The notes below the pieces were generated by a model that worked only from the letters and a program-made list of their open reading frames with translations, was not told the origin of the DNA and did no database searches. 64,000 nt of DNA from Methanothrix sp. (GTDB taxonomy: Archaea > Halobacteriota > Methanosarcinia > Methanotrichales > Methanotrichaceae): positions 160,001 to 224,000 of the forward strand of contig OY821645.1 in assembly GCA_963682135.1 (NCBI GenBank), in the 5' to 3' direction. Shown here piece after piece: positions 60,172 through 64,000 of the stretch. Each line of letters starts with the position of its first letter. Within the stretch, counting starts at the first letter, position 1. Position numbers and translations under genes: made by a program.

Positions 60172-61134
60172 ATGAATCTGGAGTCTCTGGCATCCCAACT
60201 GCGAGGATTTGTAGGCATCACTCGCAAAAAGCAGATAGGCAGCCTCATGCAGTTCTTTCCCATAGAGTCTGAGCGCATCATCGCCTCCTTTGGTGAGGAT
60301 GCAGCCGTGATTGACGACGGGGAGGAGGTCATGCTCCTGGCGGCGGACGGCATCTGGTCCAAGCTCATGCAGGTCGATCCGGAGTGGTCCGGCTACTGTT
60401 CCGTCCTGGTCAATGTGCACGATATCGCGGCTATGGGCGGCTGGCCGGTGGCCATGGTGGATGTGCTCTCCGTGGACAACCAGGAGATAGCAGAGCAGGT
60501 CCTGCGAGGCATGAAGAAAGCAATAGAAAAATTTCAGGTGCCAATCGTCGGCGGGCATCTGCATCCGGACACGCCCTACAGTGCTCTGGACGTCTCCATT
60601 CTGGGCAAAGCAAAGAAGAGCGGTGTCATCCTGAGCAGCACTGCCCGAGAAGGTGAGGTGGTAGTGGCTGCCGCCGATATGGATGGCCATCCGCATGCCA
60701 AATTCTCCATAAACTTCGACTCCACCAGCTTCAAGGACAGCAAGACCCTGCTCACACAACTGGGATGTATGCAGGAGCTGGGCGAGAGGGGGCTGGTCAA
60801 GGCGGGCAAAGATATCAGCAATCCGGGACTGCTGGGAACCCTGGGTATGCTGCTAGAGACAAGCCGGGTGGGCGCAGTGGTGGATGTGGAGAAGATAGCC
60901 GTTCCCGCCGGCCTGGATCTGGCAAGCTGGCTGAAGATGTATCCGGGAATGGGATTTGTCGTGACTGCAAAACCCGAAAACGCGCCGGCCGTCCTGGAGG
61001 TATTCGAAAGGCGCGGCCTGACGGCAAGGGTGATTGGACGGGTCACCAAGCAGAGAAAGCTCGTCATTTCCCTGGGCGAGGAAGAGACTGTGCTCTTTGA
61101 TCTGGAAAAGGAGTGCGTAACCGGAATTCACTGA
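60172..61134 (+). CDS. Methanogenesis marker 2 (AIR synthase-related)
   Basis: FGEDAAVI, VNVHDIAAMGG, VGGHLHPD and KDISNPG. Confidence 0.9.
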   Translation: MNLESLASQLRGFVGITRKKQIGSLMQFFPIESERIIASFGEDAAVIDDGEEVMLLAADGIWSKLMQVDPEWSGYCSVLVNVHDIAAMGGWPVAMVDVLSVDNQEIAEQVLRGMKKAIEKFQVPIVGGHLHPDTPYSALDVSILGKAKKSGVILSSTAREGEVVVAAADMDGHPHAKFSINFDSTSFKDSKTLLTQLGCMQELGERGLVKAGKDISNPGLLGTLGMLLETSRVGAVVDVEKIAVPAGLDLASWLKMYPGMGFVVTAKPENAPAVLEVFERRGLTARVIGRVTKQRKLVISLGEEETVLFDLEKECVTGIH

Positions 61135-61135
61135 T

Positions 61136-61957
61136 ATGGACGCAGACTTCGTAAGCTTACTGAAGCAAACGGCAAAAGCCAGGCGGGCTCGCATCGGCAT
61201 AGGCATCTGGAAGGCAGACGCAGAGCTTATCGCCTCTCTGCAGTCGGCCAGCGAATATGCCGATCTGGTCATGGTGGGCGACCCATGTTGCGACTGCTCA
61301 CTTGATTATATCGCCAGCAAAGAGCCCTGGAAGGAGCTGGTGCGTCTTTTGGCTGAGGGGGAAATTGATGGCGCCGTGAGGGGGAACCTTCCCGCGGGAA
61401 GGACCATGCGTGCCCTGGCGGAGCAGTTTAAGATCCGCGTGCGGCGTTTGGCTCTGCTGGAGGTCTCAGGATGGGCTTTCCTCTTGGGGCCGGTGGGCAT
61501 CGATGAGGGTGAGACTGCGGCTGATCGTCTGGAGCTATTGCTGGGCGGCGGTAGATTTCTGCAGGAGATGGGCCTGCAGGCGAAGGCGGCCGTGCTCTCC
61601 GGTGGCAGGATGGAGGACAGGGGCCGCTGCGAGCGCGTGGACCGAAGCCTTCTGGAAGGCGAGCTGATCGCCGCCCAGGCAGAAGAAGCCGGTCTCGTGG
61701 CGAAGCACAAAGGGATACTCATTGAAAGCTGCCGGGGGGATGATATTGTCATTGCGCCCGAGGGAGTATCCGGCAACCTCATCTTCCGCACGCTATTACT
61801 ATTATGCAAAGCTTCTTCCTACGGCGCGCCGGTGCTGATGGACCGGGTATTCGTGGATTCCAGCCGGGCCAGGGAGGGATTTGACGGGCCGGTGATGCTG
61901 GCAAGTGCCATGACAGGCATGAGAGAGAGGAATGGTACTAAAATCGAGTTCAAATGA
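61136..61957 (+). CDS. mtxX: Methanogenesis marker MtxX (Mmp4)
   Basis: AVRGNL, PVGIDEG, LSGGR and GNLIFR. Confidence 0.88.
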   Translation: MDADFVSLLKQTAKARRARIGIGIWKADAELIASLQSASEYADLVMVGDPCCDCSLDYIASKEPWKELVRLLAEGEIDGAVRGNLPAGRTMRALAEQFKIRVRRLALLEVSGWAFLLGPVGIDEGETAADRLELLLGGGRFLQEMGLQAKAAVLSGGRMEDRGRCERVDRSLLEGELIAAQAEEAGLVAKHKGILIESCRGDDIVIAPEGVSGNLIFRTLLLLCKASSYGAPVLMDRVFVDSSRAREGFDGPVMLASAMTGMRERNGTKIEFK

Positions 61958-62005
61958 GATCTATTATTATGATGAATAACACATATATCTTCTAATATTT
62001 CCTTT

Positions 62006-63391
62006 TCAGTCCGATGATATATTGATTATCAGGGAACTGGACCATCCTGAAGTAGCTCCCTTATCATCCAGGGCCATGGCTTTGACCTGGTAGGTTCCAG
62101 CCTGACCCCATTTGTGAGATACGCTCTCATTCTTCCCCGAATCAATGAAGTCCAAGCCGGTCCAGGAAGTTGTCTTATCTCCCCAGTCGAAGACATACTT
62201 GACCGGGTCTCCATCCGGATCGTTTGCAGATGTGGCATATTTGTAAGTCATCATGCGTCTTCCACTGGTCGGTCCCGATGGAGGGATGGGAGAATTTGGC
62301 GGATCATTGTCGCGAATTGTCACATTCATTAGATTTATCCACCCAGATGATGCGCCTTTGCTGTCTGTAGCTTTGGCTAGGACCTGGTAGCATCCTGCTC
62401 TGACCCAGGTATGAGATGCGCTTTCCAAGCAGCCGGATTCGACCATCTTTGTTGAGGAGGACGCCCCATCACCCCAATCGTAGCTGTAGCTGATATTGTC
62501 ACCATCGACATCTTTGGCCATTGTAAAGTAGCTATGTGCGAGTCCTTTGTAACCGAAGCTCGGGCCGAATAGTTCCGTTGGCTTATTGGGTTTGTTGTTA
62601 GCAATGACGGTGACTGTCAGATCTTCTGACCAATTTGATGCGGCTCCCCATCGATCCCTGGCAATGACTCTGATCCGGTAGTCTCCAGCTCTGCTCCAAC
62701 TGTGCACCGCACTTGCATTGCCTGCGGAGCTGGTCAGATTGGTGCGGGATGTATTTTTATCTCCCCAGTCGAAGGTGTACTCCACTTCATCTCCGTCAGG
62801 ATCGGATGCGAATGAACTGTAAGCATATTCGGACCAGGCGTAGATCGATCCCGGTCCGGATGGTGCGGAGGGTTTATCGGGAGGCATATTTATGGTGATT
62901 TCAAGGGGCGCAGACCATGGAGATAGCGCACCCTTGCTATCAGTGGCCATGGCTGTGATCCTGTATCTCCCTGCCTTGCTCCAGTTGTGACTGGCATTTG
63001 CGGCTAGTCCCGAGTGCAAGAGCGGCGTGCTCGATTCAGTCTCGTCGCCCCAGTTGAACGTGTATCTCAGCTGATCGCCATCCGGATCGATGGCTTGGAC
63101 GAGAAAGCTATACGATGCTCCAGGAACGCCATTGGCTGATCCCTCTGGGATGAGGGGCATTTGCGGAGGATGGTTGCGAATTTCCGGGCAGATCAATGGT
63201 CCAGGACAGCAGGGCATGATGCCATAGTTCGCAGTCCAATGTAGCAGTCTGACTGCATCAAAGGCTGATTCACGAAAACCATTGCTCACATTTTCTGAGC
63301 AAAGAGATCCCTGTGAAAATATGATGGATGACCCGAGCAATGTCAAAACAATGAAAAGCCTTACTTTGCGGCCAAACTTCTTTTGGGACAC
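62006..63391 (-). CDS. Secreted PKD-repeat protein (4 repeats)
   Basis: Four D(P/V)DGD..Y.(F/Y).WGD...H.W...G.Y units. Confidence 0.88.
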   Translation of the reverse strand: MSQKKFGRKVRLFIVLTLLGSSIIFSQGSLCSENVSNGFRESAFDAVRLLHWTANYGIMPCCPGPLICPEIRNHPPQMPLIPEGSANGVPGASYSFLVQAIDPDGDQLRYTFNWGDETESSTPLLHSGLAANASHNWSKAGRYRITAMATDSKGALSPWSAPLEITINMPPDKPSAPSGPGSIYAWSEYAYSSFASDPDGDEVEYTFDWGDKNTSRTNLTSSAGNASAVHSWSRAGDYRIRVIARDRWGAASNWSEDLTVTVIANNKPNKPTELFGPSFGYKGLAHSYFTMAKDVDGDNISYSYDWGDGASSSTKMVESGCLESASHTWVRAGCYQVLAKATDSKGASSGWINLMNVTIRDNDPPNSPIPPSGPTSGRRMMTYKYATSANDPDGDPVKYVFDWGDKTTSWTGLDFIDSGKNESVSHKWGQAGTYQVKAMALDDKGATSGWSSSLIINISSD

Positions 63392-63594
63392 ACAATAGAG
63401 AGTAATATGAATAGTATTTAAATTTTTCTACAGACATGAGTAAGATTTGTTTGTCCATGCTGGTGCGATCCAACCAGTCTTTCAACTTTGTCCCGGGCAC
63501 CCTCAATGCTGGGCCGGCTTTTCAATGATGGCAAACTCTAAATTCTTTCAGGATATTTTGATATGAAATACATCTTCGCATGGGAGGTTACGTT

Positions 63595-64000
63595 ATGAAT
63601 CAGTTCTGCCTGATTCCTGCAAACATGCTACTGGCATTTATGCTAATTCTGATGCCTATGACGGCATTGGCCTCAGATCGCATCTCTGAAGATCTTGTTC
63701 TCCAGAAAGATCTCAATCTAAAGAGCTTTGATTTCGAACCAAAACATGTCAAATTAGATGGCTCTGCAAAGACAGTGACCTTCCTGGCCACGATCCACGC
63801 TGATAAGGGCCTCCTGGATAAAAAAAATTTAACAGACTTTTCGACCTCGGCTACTTTCCTCGGGCCGCATTCCTTTTGGGACCCCTTCCACAGAGACAGA
63901 ATGAATGTGACTATCCTGCCATCTCCTATCTTGGGTGACGCGAAGAACGGATCCTACAAGGGAACTATGACACTCGAGAGCGGGACTGGGGAAGGGTTCT
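63595..64000 (+). CDS. Secreted protein, partial (runs off the window)
   Basis: GGAGG RBS; MNQFCLIPANMLLAFMLILMPMTALA...; open to the end of the window. Confidence 0.65.
   Translation, partial: MNQFCLIPANMLLAFMLILMPMTALASDRISEDLVLQKDLNLKSFDFEPKHVKLDGSAKTVTFLATIHADKGLLDKKNLTDFSTSATFLGPHSFWDPFHRDRMNVTILPSPILGDAKNGSYKGTMTLESGTGEGF

Overview
This is archaeal methanogen DNA, most consistent with Methanothrix (Methanosaeta). Supporting genes are a two-subunit ATP-citrate lyase, a duplicated-domain S-layer protein, mfnB, methanogenesis markers 2 and MtxX, and PolD. Housekeeping blocks (about 10.6-30.6 kb and 42-64 kb) surround two accessory regions. Region 1 (1-10.6 kb) has decayed ribK and toxin-antitoxin copies next to an apparently intact four-gene operon: a TIR protein, a MoxR AAA+ ATPase, a vWA protein and a ~1400-aa fusion. 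The fusion reads N-domain, 7xWD40, TIR, viperin-like radical SAM, tandem Lrp/AsnC-like domains, and a ThsB-like TIR stub lies upstream of the operon. This is the best candidate for an undescribed conflict/antiviral system. Region 2 (30.6-41.6 kb) is a decayed island with integrase and baseplate-J fragments, an IS1634 with target-site duplication, HEPN modules and SHOCT duplicates. Also notable: a bacterial-type tgt-yhhQ queuosine-salvage pair in an archaeon, an intact solo TnpB element, dtdA lacking a canonical start codon, tRNA-Pro(TGG), and small ORFs missed by the ORF track. All assignments come from motif recognition by eye; no database searches were run.
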